A DNA stretch of 45,732 bases from IMG/VR virus record IMGVR_UViG_3300012940_000042, positions 1 through 45,732 of that record. One strand, given 5' to 3'. How positions within the stretch are numbered: the first letter of the stretch is position 1; each line of letters opens with the position of its first letter. The position numbers and the translations under genes were made by a program. The notes beneath the pieces are model-generated. The model ran no database searches and had not been told where the DNA came from. It was given only the letters and a program-made list of their open reading frames with translations. Source of the DNA: a virus. Its lineage: Duplodnaviria > Caudoviricetes. Of this stretch, positions 7,866 to 15,853 are shown one piece after another.

Positions 7866-8087
7866 ATGAAAAAGGTAGTTTTTAGTGGTCATGCAATAAT
7901 GAGAATGAAAGAAAAACGTCAATATGGTATTACAAAAGACGACGTTATTAATTGGGCACAAAAGCTTCCTGGAAGAATAACACATTTAAGTTTCAAGTGT
8001 TTTGCGGAAAGTGGACGGTGTTTTGAAATTGTTGTAAGTGATAAAGATGATATTAGAACAATAATAACAATTATTGGAATAGAATAA
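7866..8087 (+). CDS. Small protein with FSxHAxxRMxER-like motif (DUF4258/RelE-BrnT-like fold)
   Basis: VVFSGHAIMRMKEKRQYGITKDDV...IITII; start uncertain (7842 TTG or 7866 ATG). Confidence 0.55.
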   Translation: MKKVVFSGHAIMRMKEKRQYGITKDDVINWAQKLPGRITHLSFKCFAESGRCFEIVVSDKDDIRTIITIIGIE

Positions 8088-8157
8088 TGAAACTTCAATT
8101 TTCTAATTCTCAAATTTCTATATAATATAGAAAGAAATTTTATAAGGGGATATAAAA

Positions 8158-8862
8158 GTGGATAAAATTGAAGATTATATGCATCTAGTTGATGTTACTA
8201 TAAAAAGACAACATCATGATGGGCGATTATTTATTAAAAACTTAAAATTAGAAAAAGATGACGTAAGACAAATAGGAATGATTGGCTTAGTAAAAGGCTT
8301 TAAAAGTTTTAATAAAAAAATAGGTAAGGATATTAAAACACATTTAATTGCCAGTATTAATTATGAATTAAAAAACTTTTATAGAAATAATAATTATTTA
8401 ATTAACTTTTCCAGAAAAGCTAAAGAGATTGGGCGTAAAATTTATCAATTAAATATTGACTCCATAGATGAAATTAAAAAAATGTTTAATTGTAGTAAAT
8501 TATTGGCAGAACAAGCCTTAAATTATAAAAAGTATTTGGAAGAAGATGTTATAAGCTTAGATAGTAAAATAAATAATGATGGGAGGGAAATAATAGAACA
8601 ATTAAATTATTCACATTTTAATTTAGAAAATTATGTAATAAGAAAAATTGAAGCTGAACATCGCTTATCTTATTTAAGTGAAAGACAAAAATTAATTCTA
8701 TTTTATACAATTAAAGGAAAATATCAGCGAGATATTGGCAAGATTTTAAATATATCACAAAAAACAGTAAGTAAAGAAATGAATAAAGCAATAGAAATAT
8801 TAAATAATTTAAATGAGGAGGAAGAAGATATTGTTAACGTTGGAACAAGAAGAATTGTTTAA
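8158..8862 (+). CDS. Divergent SigF/SigG/SigB-type sigma factor
   Basis: DDVRQIGMIGLVKGFKSFN, INFSRKAKEI, ISLDSKI, LSERQK...QRDIGKILNISQKTVSK; region 2.3-2.4 degenerate. Confidence 0.8.
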   Translation: MDKIEDYMHLVDVTIKRQHHDGRLFIKNLKLEKDDVRQIGMIGLVKGFKSFNKKIGKDIKTHLIASINYELKNFYRNNNYLINFSRKAKEIGRKIYQLNIDSIDEIKKMFNCSKLLAEQALNYKKYLEEDVISLDSKINNDGREIIEQLNYSHFNLENYVIRKIEAEHRLSYLSERQKLILFYTIKGKYQRDIGKILNISQKTVSKEMNKAIEILNNLNEEEEDIVNVGTRRIV

Positions 8863-9685
8863 TGATAATATTAATTTAGTTGGATTTACACTTAAAAAAT
8901 TTAAAGTTATTAGAAATATTGGTAATTATATAGATACAGATGATTTTTACCAAGTAGGTTGCATTGGTTTAGCTAAGGCTGTAAAATATTTTAATCCTGA
9001 ATTAGGCTTTGAATTTTCAACCTATGCTGTAACTATGATTTATGGTGAAATAAGACGAGCAATAAGGGATGCTAATATTAGTGTTAAATTTTCTAGGAGA
9101 ACTAAAGAAATTGCAAATAAAATTAAAAAAGAACAATTAAATTTAAAAACTCCTGAGGAAATTATGGAAAAATTTAAAATAGGTTTTGGTGCAGCAATGG
9201 ATATTATAGATTATCTTAAACAAAAGCATGTGTCATTGGAAACAAAAATAGAAGATAGTGATAAACTAACATTAAAAGATATGCTTAGCAAAAATGAAAA
9301 TATGGAAGATAATATAATAAATAAAATAGACTTAGAAAGATACTTAGAAAATTTAACAGATATACAGAGAAAAGTAATTAAATTATATTTAAAAGGTTAT
9401 ACTCAAATAGAAATAAGTAATAAAATTGGTGTTAGTCAAGTTCATGTATCTAGGACTATTAAAAAATCTATAAAAAGAATTGAAAATATGAGAAATAATA
9501 TAGCTGAAGAATTACCTAAGAAAGGAGGAAAAGTTAGGCGAGAATTTAGAATTAATAATGGTAAATCTAAGAAAGAAATGTTTATTGAACTCATAAATAA
9601 TAATACACCTAAAGAAGAAATAATTAAAAAATTAGAAATTAATCCAGATTCTTTTAATAAATATTTAAAGCTATATGTTAGCTAA
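8831..9685 (+). CDS. SigF/SigG/SigB-type sigma factor with a short C-terminal HTH-like tail
   Basis: DDFYQVGCIGLAKAVKYFNPELGFEFSTYAVTMIYGEIRRAIRD, TQIEISNKIGVSQVHVSR; TTG start after GAGGAGG. Confidence 0.9.
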   Translation: MLTLEQEELFNDNINLVGFTLKKFKVIRNIGNYIDTDDFYQVGCIGLAKAVKYFNPELGFEFSTYAVTMIYGEIRRAIRDANISVKFSRRTKEIANKIKKEQLNLKTPEEIMEKFKIGFGAAMDIIDYLKQKHVSLETKIEDSDKLTLKDMLSKNENMEDNIINKIDLERYLENLTDIQRKVIKLYLKGYTQIEISNKIGVSQVHVSRTIKKSIKRIENMRNNIAEELPKKGGKVRREFRINNGKSKKEMFIELINNNTPKEEIIKKLEINPDSFNKYLKLYVS

Positions 9686-9696
9686 AGGGGTTTTCT

Positions 9697-9945
9697 ATGA
9701 AAATAAGTTATGATTTTATTAAGCAATTAAAGGAAACAAATTGCATGAAAATTATCCAAATAATAAAAAATCATAATATATATGAATTTTCAATAGATAC
9801 ATTACCTGAAGGAAGAGTAATTGGTACAATATTATTAGAAGATGAAGTAATTGATGAATTAGGTAATCTTATTGGTTATTTTGGAATAGACTTCCATTAT
9901 AATATATTAGTTTATAATCTATTTAGAAAAGAGGAAAAGTTATGA
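9697..9945 (+). CDS. Hypothetical protein
   Basis: ORF track; SD AAGGGG; ATGA-coupled to spoIIID. Confidence 0.65.
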   Translation: MKISYDFIKQLKETNCMKIIQIIKNHNIYEFSIDTLPEGRVIGTILLEDEVIDELGNLIGYFGIDFHYNILVYNLFRKEEKL

Positions 9946-10193
9946 AAAGCCATATTAAAGAAAGAGTAATTTTGCATGCTAATTTAATGATTTCTAATGA
10001 CAACACTATTAGAAGTGTTGCAAGAATGACAGGTTGGTCAAAATCTACAGTATTAGTTGACCTAAAAAAAAGATTACCTATAATTAATCCAGAATTATAT
10101 CAAAAGGTGAAAAATAAAGTTAAATATAATACTGCTATTAGACATATAAGGGGCGGGCAGGCAACTAAATTAAAATATAGTGAGGAAGATTAA
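9942..10193 (+). CDS. spoIIID: SpoIIID-family sporulation transcription factor
   Basis: HIKERV...TIRSVA...GWSKSTV..DL..RLP.INPEL...V......AIRHIRGGQATKLKY matches SpoIIID along its length. Confidence 0.92.
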   Translation: MKSHIKERVILHANLMISNDNTIRSVARMTGWSKSTVLVDLKKRLPIINPELYQKVKNKVKYNTAIRHIRGGQATKLKYSEED

Positions 10194-10610
10194 ATGTCTA
10201 CTCCAATAAGAATATTTACTGATGGAGCATGTTCTCCAAATCCTGGTAATATGGGTATAGGTGTTGTAGTTGAATGGCAAGGAAAAACTCCTCCAACAAT
10301 TATATCTGAATATGCTGGGAAAGGAACTAATAATATTGCTGAATATACAGCTTTAAATGAAGCTTTATTATATATTTATCAGCAAACTATTAAAAATTGT
10401 GTTATCCATAGTGATTCTAAATTAATGGTTAATCAAGTAAATGGTAATTGGAAATGTAAAGATTCAACATTATTACCATTATGTATTAAAGCTCAAGAAA
10501 GAATTAAATGGTTAAGGAAAAATCTTTTTAATGTAGAATTAGTTTATATTAAAAGAGACTTAAATTTAGCTGATGAACCAGCCAAACAAGGCTCAAAAAA
10601 ATTTCAATAA
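10194..10610 (+). CDS. rnhA: Ribonuclease HI (YpdQ/archaeal-like subtype)
   Basis: IFTDGACSPNPG, TNNIAEYTAL, IHSDSKLMVNQVNG.WK, IKRDLN.AD: catalytic D-E-D-D present. Confidence 0.92.
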   Translation: MSTPIRIFTDGACSPNPGNMGIGVVVEWQGKTPPTIISEYAGKGTNNIAEYTALNEALLYIYQQTIKNCVIHSDSKLMVNQVNGNWKCKDSTLLPLCIKAQERIKWLRKNLFNVELVYIKRDLNLADEPAKQGSKKFQ

Positions 10611-10618
10611 TTATATAT

Positions 10619-10648
10619 AAAAGACATTATATAAATATAATGTCTTTT
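10619..10648. terminator. Perfect inverted repeat, probable (bidirectional) terminator
   Basis: AAAAGACATTATAT-AA-ATATAATGTCTTTT just after the RNase H stop. Confidence 0.65.
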
Positions 10649-10740
10649 ATTAATTAATATTATATTAATTAATTAATTATATTAATATATTAATTAATTA
10701 TTTTCTATATAATATTATAATTATTTTTTTATTAATATAT
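10649..10740. other. Near-pure A/T tract with TTAATTAA repeats (possible unwinding element)
   Basis: One C in about 90 nt. Confidence 0.5.
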
Positions 10741-10754
10741 GTAAACACAGTAAT

Positions 10755-11062
10755 CATTCCCCTATATAGGAATTATGAGAAAAATCGAACTTTTCAGTTC
10801 ACCGTGTGGGACCATCTATCTCCTTCTCATGGAGCACGGCGTATTTCAACAATTTATCTCATAACCTCTTGGAAGAGTGGTCGGGTTTCAAATAAGAGAG
10901 TACTACTTTTATTTCCTCTCTATCCTAAATTGTGTAAAATATGTATTTTTACACACCTATATTCGTCCTCTCTAACAGGCAACAATCCGTCGTTTAAGGT
11001 TTAATTGAGAATCCACGACCGAGAGGTGCTTTTATATAGCGGATACACCTTCTAACCACTTA
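10755..11062. ncRNA. Putative structured non-coding RNA of unknown family (strand uncertain; GNRA loop favours minus)
   Basis: GC-elevated intergenic island with at least seven nested helices identified by eye. Confidence 0.55.
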
Positions 11063-11073
11063 ATCTTCATTAT

Positions 11074-11319
11074 TTAGTTATTTTCTTCTTTATAATTCAT
11101 TATATTTAAAAATTCCTCTAATTTATCTTTAGGAATAACTATACCTTTTGGAGAAGGTAAAAAATTATTTGAAAATTCATTTTTCCTATCTCTATAAAAA
11201 TTTCTTATGTCAATACCTTCAGTATTTTTTTTCTTAACATAAGCAATTTTTATAATTTTGTCTTTATGGATACTTATTTCACCAATAGGGCTATAAATAT
11301 CCCAAAAATTATTTTTCAT
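11074..11319 (-). CDS. PC4/YdbC-like ssDNA-binding protein
   Basis: IDIRNFY.......FLPSPKGIVIPKDKLEEF pattern. Confidence 0.8.
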   Translation of the reverse strand: MKNNFWDIYSPIGEISIHKDKIIKIAYVKKKNTEGIDIRNFYRDRKNEFSNNFLPSPKGIVIPKDKLEEFLNIMNYKEENN

Positions 11320-11429
11320 TATAAATCACCTATTTCCATTATATACATAATTTATTAATGTATTCAATTTTCTGAAAATAATTTTTACAATGAATATAAA
11401 AACATTTTAGTTTAATATTATAAATAGAA

Positions 11430-11463
11430 AAACCTTACATAATTGTAAGGTTTATTTTATTTT
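11430..11463 (+). terminator. Terminator-like hairpin in the phoH leader
   Basis: AAACCTTACA-TAAT-TGTAAGGTTT then ATTTTATTTT immediately before SD AGGGGG. Confidence 0.5.
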
Positions 11464-11478
11464 AGGGGGATATAAAAA

Positions 11479-12786
11479 TTGAAGGACATATATATACTAG
11501 ATACAAACCCGATATTAGATAACCCTAACATTATTTATGAATTTCCTAATTCTTTAATAATAATTCCCTTAATAGTATTATCAGAGTTAGATAAATTCAA
11601 AAATGAGTTTAGTGAAAGAGGTGTTAATGCTAGAAACTTTTCCAGAATTTTAGACAAATTATATGAAAATGGTTATAAAATAGATGAAACAAACTCACAA
11701 GTAAAAATATTAGCAGAAGAAGAATTTGATAAAGAACTAATTACTAATTTAGGCGGAATGGAAAATGATAATCTTATTATACATTTAGCTGATTCTATAA
11801 GACATCAGCATCCAGACTCAAATGTTCAATTAGTATCTAGTGATATTCTTTTCAAGACTAAAGCTAGAGGGATAGGTCTGAGTGTCCATAGTCTTACAGA
11901 TATGGAGAATAAAAATATTTCTGATGAAATCTATAATGGTTATTTAGAACATTATGTAAGTGATGATTTAATTGATACTCTATATAAAAATAAAATAATT
12001 GATATAAATGATATTAAAGATATTATAGTTTATCCACATATGTTTATTATATTGAAGAGCTTTGATTCAAATAAATCAGCAATAGCTAAAGTTGATAGAC
12101 TATGTAGAGTAATTGAATTAGTCAACACATTTAATGAGGGCATTTGGGGATTTAAACCAAAAAATGTACAACAAGTAATGGCATTTAATCTATTATTAGA
12201 TGCTGATATTCCATTAGTTACATTAGCTGGTCCTGCGGGTTCAGGTAAAACATTCTTACCATTACTTATTGGATTATATTTAACTCAAGATGAAAGTTTA
12301 TATAATAAAGTTGTTATAACTAAACCTAAGTCTGATATGGAAGAAGACCCTGGAGCACTTCCTGGTGATTTAATAGAAAAATTAGGGCCACAGATGCAAT
12401 CTTTCTATGATAATTTAGAAGTTATTTATAAATGTGATGAAAATGATACAGAATTATATCAAATTTTGCCAGATTTAAAATTAGATATTACATCAGTTAA
12501 TTTCTTTAGAGGTAGAACATTACGTAAAAGGTTTATTATTGGAGATGAAATACAAAATCTTAATAGACTCCAAGGTAAAACACTTGTTACAAGAGCAGGA
12601 TTAGGCTCTAAGTTAATATTATGTGGTGATATTGAACAAATTGATAATCCTAAAGTAAGTTATTATACAAATGCTTTATCTCATATTATAAATACATTTA
12701 AAACAGATGATTTAGCTGGTCATGTAATGTTACCTGATGGAAAAGCACGCTCTCCTTTAGCAGATAGAGCTGGTAAAATTTTATAG
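11479..12786 (+). CDS. phoH: PIN-PhoH (PhoH2/YlaK-type) ATPase/RNase
   Basis: N-terminal PIN YILDTN, VLSELDKFK, NDNLII, LVSSD; Walker A GPAGSGKT; GALPGD, FFRGRTL, DEIQN, TRAG.GSK..LCGD.EQID. Confidence 0.92.
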   Translation: MKDIYILDTNPILDNPNIIYEFPNSLIIIPLIVLSELDKFKNEFSERGVNARNFSRILDKLYENGYKIDETNSQVKILAEEEFDKELITNLGGMENDNLIIHLADSIRHQHPDSNVQLVSSDILFKTKARGIGLSVHSLTDMENKNISDEIYNGYLEHYVSDDLIDTLYKNKIIDINDIKDIIVYPHMFIILKSFDSNKSAIAKVDRLCRVIELVNTFNEGIWGFKPKNVQQVMAFNLLLDADIPLVTLAGPAGSGKTFLPLLIGLYLTQDESLYNKVVITKPKSDMEEDPGALPGDLIEKLGPQMQSFYDNLEVIYKCDENDTELYQILPDLKLDITSVNFFRGRTLRKRFIIGDEIQNLNRLQGKTLVTRAGLGSKLILCGDIEQIDNPKVSYYTNALSHIINTFKTDDLAGHVMLPDGKARSPLADRAGKIL

Positions 12787-12796
12787 GAGGTATATT

Positions 12797-13084
12797 ATGA
12801 AAAAGAAAACTGTAGTCATAGTTTTTGAAACTTATGATAGAGGAAAATATTATTTTGAAGATTATATATTGCCTCTTATTGGAGAAGTAGATACTATAAC
12901 TCGTTATCAATATGAAAATGAAAATATAAAAGTTTTTATTAAAAGTTTAAAACAACCAAATAATTTAATAGGTTTATATGCTGATTTTGTTATATTAGAA
13001 AACAATAATAATATTGATTTTTTTGAAAATATAATTATGCCAATAGTAAAATATGATAGAAGTAAAATAAATGTTGTTTTATAG
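12797..13084 (+). CDS. Hypothetical protein
   Basis: ORF track; strong SD AGGAGGT. Confidence 0.7.
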   Translation: MKKKTVVIVFETYDRGKYYFEDYILPLIGEVDTITRYQYENENIKVFIKSLKQPNNLIGLYADFVILENNNNIDFFENIIMPIVKYDRSKINVVL

Positions 13085-13095
13085 GTTGTGATACA

Positions 13096-13641
13096 ATGGC
13101 TAAAGATATTAGTAAGAATAAAGTTTTTGCTAGCCCTTATAAAGATGAAATTGAAAAAAGATTGGCTATGGGACAATCTCCTAGAGCTATTAGTAAATGG
13201 TTAGAAACAAGAGGTGAATCAATATCATATGCTACTATAAATGAGTATAAAAAAAATTTCTTTAACATTGATGCTGAAGTTGGTAAAATCATTAACCAAA
13301 AACAAAAAGAACTTGAAGTAGCTCCGTCACCTGAAGAAAAAAATAAGATGATGGATACAGAAATTAATAAAAAACTTGGTACAATGTTAGCTGTCAATCA
13401 CATCAACGTATTATATGAAAATATTAATCACATGTTAGCATATATTGCTAAATTAGAGCAATATGAACCAGTAGTTGCTGCTCATGCTGCAAGAGGACTT
13501 TTCCAAGAAATAAGAGCAACAATAGAAACGTTAGAAAAAATTAAAGATAAAGACAACGAAAGTGATGGTTCTAGCGTTGCAAAAGTTATTAGTGCTCTTA
13601 ATAAGGCTGCTAGGGAGGCGAATAAAGATGGACAAAAATAA
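13096..13641 (+). CDS. Probable terminase small subunit
   Basis: N-terminal HTH (GQSPRAISKWL...ISYATINEYKK), helical C-terminus, upstream of TerL. Confidence 0.6.
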   Translation: MAKDISKNKVFASPYKDEIEKRLAMGQSPRAISKWLETRGESISYATINEYKKNFFNIDAEVGKIINQKQKELEVAPSPEEKNKMMDTEINKKLGTMLAVNHINVLYENINHMLAYIAKLEQYEPVVAAHAARGLFQEIRATIETLEKIKDKDNESDGSSVAKVISALNKAAREANKDGQK

Positions 13642-13939
13642 TGAAGATTTTAATTATGAAGAAATTATGAAAGAAGTTGAAACAAAATTATGGAATAAAG
13701 ATTTTATGTCTTTGTCCAATAAAGAAATTCAATCCCTATTACAAAATTTAATGTGGCAACTATTTTTAGTTAAAACATATAATATTAATGTAAATATTAG
13801 GAATACAGCTGGAAATTTGCCTCATATATCAATTGTAATTGATGGTTATGCATATAGAGATGGATTAAATATGAGCCAAGATGAAATGATGGATTATGAG
13901 GATGAAGAAATTGACGAAGATGAATTTTATGATGATTAA
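13628..13939 (+). CDS. Hypothetical protein with acidic C-terminal tail
   Basis: ORF 13562..13939 re-started at ATG 13628 after AGGGAGG. Confidence 0.7.
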   Translation: MDKNNEDFNYEEIMKEVETKLWNKDFMSLSNKEIQSLLQNLMWQLFLVKTYNINVNIRNTAGNLPHISIVIDGYAYRDGLNMSQDEMMDYEDEEIDEDEFYDD

Positions 13940-13964
13940 GAGGAGATTTTATCTCCTCTTTTTT
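13938..13964 (+). terminator. Terminator-like hairpin directly before the terL SD
   Basis: AAGAGGAGAT-TTT-ATCTCCTCTT followed by TTTT. Confidence 0.6.
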
Positions 13965-13977
13965 GGAGTGGATAGTA

Positions 13978-15693
13978 ATGGCATTTATTTATAAAGATAA
14001 ATATTATGAAAATGCACATGATTTAATTGTTAAAGAACCTGAAGCTGCAGCGGATTCTGTTGTATTTACAGAAGCATTTTTAACTGTTCCAGATGGAGAG
14101 GACGGAATATCTCCATTTAAATTTAATAAACCTGAAAAAAATGAATATAGAAATTACCTGTTTGAAATTTATAGAGATAAACATCCAAGAATTGTAGTTG
14201 TTACTGGAAGGCAAGTTGAAAAATCAACAATGGCAAGAAATAAAATTATTGCTGATATGCATACTAATGAAGGCTTAACAGCTTTATATACTGCGCCACG
14301 TTCTGAACAAGTTTCTCGTTTTTCTAGTGAAAGAATTAGAATTGCTATGAGAGATTCACAAGAAGGTGCATTAAAAGATTCTATTTTAAGGAAAGGTAAA
14401 GATACAGCGTCATTTATTCAATTTGATTCTAAATGTAACTTATATTTATATTCTTGTTGGGCAGATGGTGATGCTATTCGTGGTATTGCAGCTCAAAGAG
14501 TTTATGCGGATGAAGTTCAAGATATGACATCAGCAGCAAGAGAAACTGTAGAAGAATGTCTTGGACACGCGCCCGGTGGAGGTCAAATGTACCATTTTGG
14601 TACGCCTAAAAACAGTGGTTCTGAATTTCATAAATTATGGGAATTATCAGACAGAAAAGAATGGTATATTGAATGTGTTAATCCTAGATGTAAACATCAA
14701 CAAAAAATTACAGTAAATAATATTTTTAAACCTGATGAAAATAAACCAGCTTATTTTGGTTGTTCTAAATGTAAAAAGGAATTAGATAGGTCTAAAGGTA
14801 GATGGATTTCTGAAAATCCTAATGGAGCATCATATTCTGGCTATCATATAACTCAACTTATGTGTTCATGGATTTCAGCTGACCAAATACTTTATAAAAA
14901 ATTAACATATTCTGAACAAAAATTTAATAATGAAGTTTTGGGAGAATTTCATAATGTATTTGGTAAAACTCTTGATTTACAAGATATTATGGATTGTACA
15001 GATGCTAATCTAAAATTTCCTATAAAAGGTCATAAAGGACCTAACTTTATGGGAGTTGACTGGGGTTCTGGTAATAATTCATTTTCAGTAATAACTATTA
15101 TTGGACCAGAAGAATTTGAAGTAAATGGTAAAAAGGAAACAAAATTAGTTTATAGATATGTTAAAAAATATAATAAATCTGGTTATGGAAAAGTAATGAA
15201 AGATATGCATAAGTTAATTGAAGCATTTAATGTTGAAAATATAGTAATAGATATTGGTGATGCTAGACGGCAATTTGAAGAACTATTAGTTGAATATCCA
15301 AATAAAGTTTCAGCATGTCAATATGTTTTAGCATTGAAAAATCCATATAAATGGGATAAAAAAACAAGGATTCATACTTGTGATAGAAGTTATCATATTG
15401 AAAAAGTTATAGATTTATTTCATAAAAATAAAATAGTTATTCCTTATGATAAATTAACTATTCAAAAAACTGATGAATTAGGATGGCTTTTTCAACATTT
15501 AACTTCATTAGAGGCAGAATGGGTTGAGCCTTCTTCTGGTAATACAGGTTATACAAGATATTTGCATAGTGACCCTGATGATGGATTCCAAAGTCTTGTA
15601 TATGCATATTTAGCTTATGAAAGACGTAAAGCTAAAGTTAAAAGCAATATTCGAGTTAAAACTTTAGATTACAGTGTATTATTTAATGACTAA
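13978..15693 (+). CDS. terL: Terminase large subunit (lambda gpA-like, with zinc ribbon)
   Basis: Walker A-like GRQVEKST, IRG, Walker B VYADEVQD, GTP coupling motif, CxxxxC...CxxC, nuclease MGVDWG, DPDDGFQS. Confidence 0.9.
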   Translation: MAFIYKDKYYENAHDLIVKEPEAAADSVVFTEAFLTVPDGEDGISPFKFNKPEKNEYRNYLFEIYRDKHPRIVVVTGRQVEKSTMARNKIIADMHTNEGLTALYTAPRSEQVSRFSSERIRIAMRDSQEGALKDSILRKGKDTASFIQFDSKCNLYLYSCWADGDAIRGIAAQRVYADEVQDMTSAARETVEECLGHAPGGGQMYHFGTPKNSGSEFHKLWELSDRKEWYIECVNPRCKHQQKITVNNIFKPDENKPAYFGCSKCKKELDRSKGRWISENPNGASYSGYHITQLMCSWISADQILYKKLTYSEQKFNNEVLGEFHNVFGKTLDLQDIMDCTDANLKFPIKGHKGPNFMGVDWGSGNNSFSVITIIGPEEFEVNGKKETKLVYRYVKKYNKSGYGKVMKDMHKLIEAFNVENIVIDIGDARRQFEELLVEYPNKVSACQYVLALKNPYKWDKKTRIHTCDRSYHIEKVIDLFHKNKIVIPYDKLTIQKTDELGWLFQHLTSLEAEWVEPSSGNTGYTRYLHSDPDDGFQSLVYAYLAYERRKAKVKSNIRVKTLDYSVLFND

Positions 15694-15740
15694 TTGCATA
15701 ATTGATGAATAATTATTAGTAAATTATAAATTATTAAATT

Positions 15741-15836
15741 AGGGTATTTAATATCCTTATCGAGGTATTTACTCATTTCTTGTTCCTCCTCTATAACTTT
15801 ATGGGCTCAACAAAATATTGTTGGGCCTATTTTTTA
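15741..15836 (+). ncRNA. Putative small RNA antisense to the tail assembly chaperone translation initiation region
   Basis: Short 5' hairpins, anti-SD TTCCTCCTCT, intrinsic terminator GGGCTCAACAA-AATA-TTGTTGGGCCT-ATTTTTT; 30 bases complementary to 24301-24336. Confidence 0.65.
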
Positions 15837-15853
15837 AAGGAGTAGATTTTCAA

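Noticed and set aside
10804-11004. 66-aa ORF inside the structured element
   Set aside because: No SD, codon usage unlike the phage genes; nested helices explain the GC better
10755-11062. Group I/II intron, tmRNA or RNase P identity for the structured element
   Set aside because: Intergenic (no split exon), no recognisable P7 or domain V core, no tRNA-like ends, no GAGGAAAGUCC
12797-13084. Terminase ATPase fragment (GLYADFVILE resembles Walker B)
   Set aside because: One short motif only, no Walker A or other support
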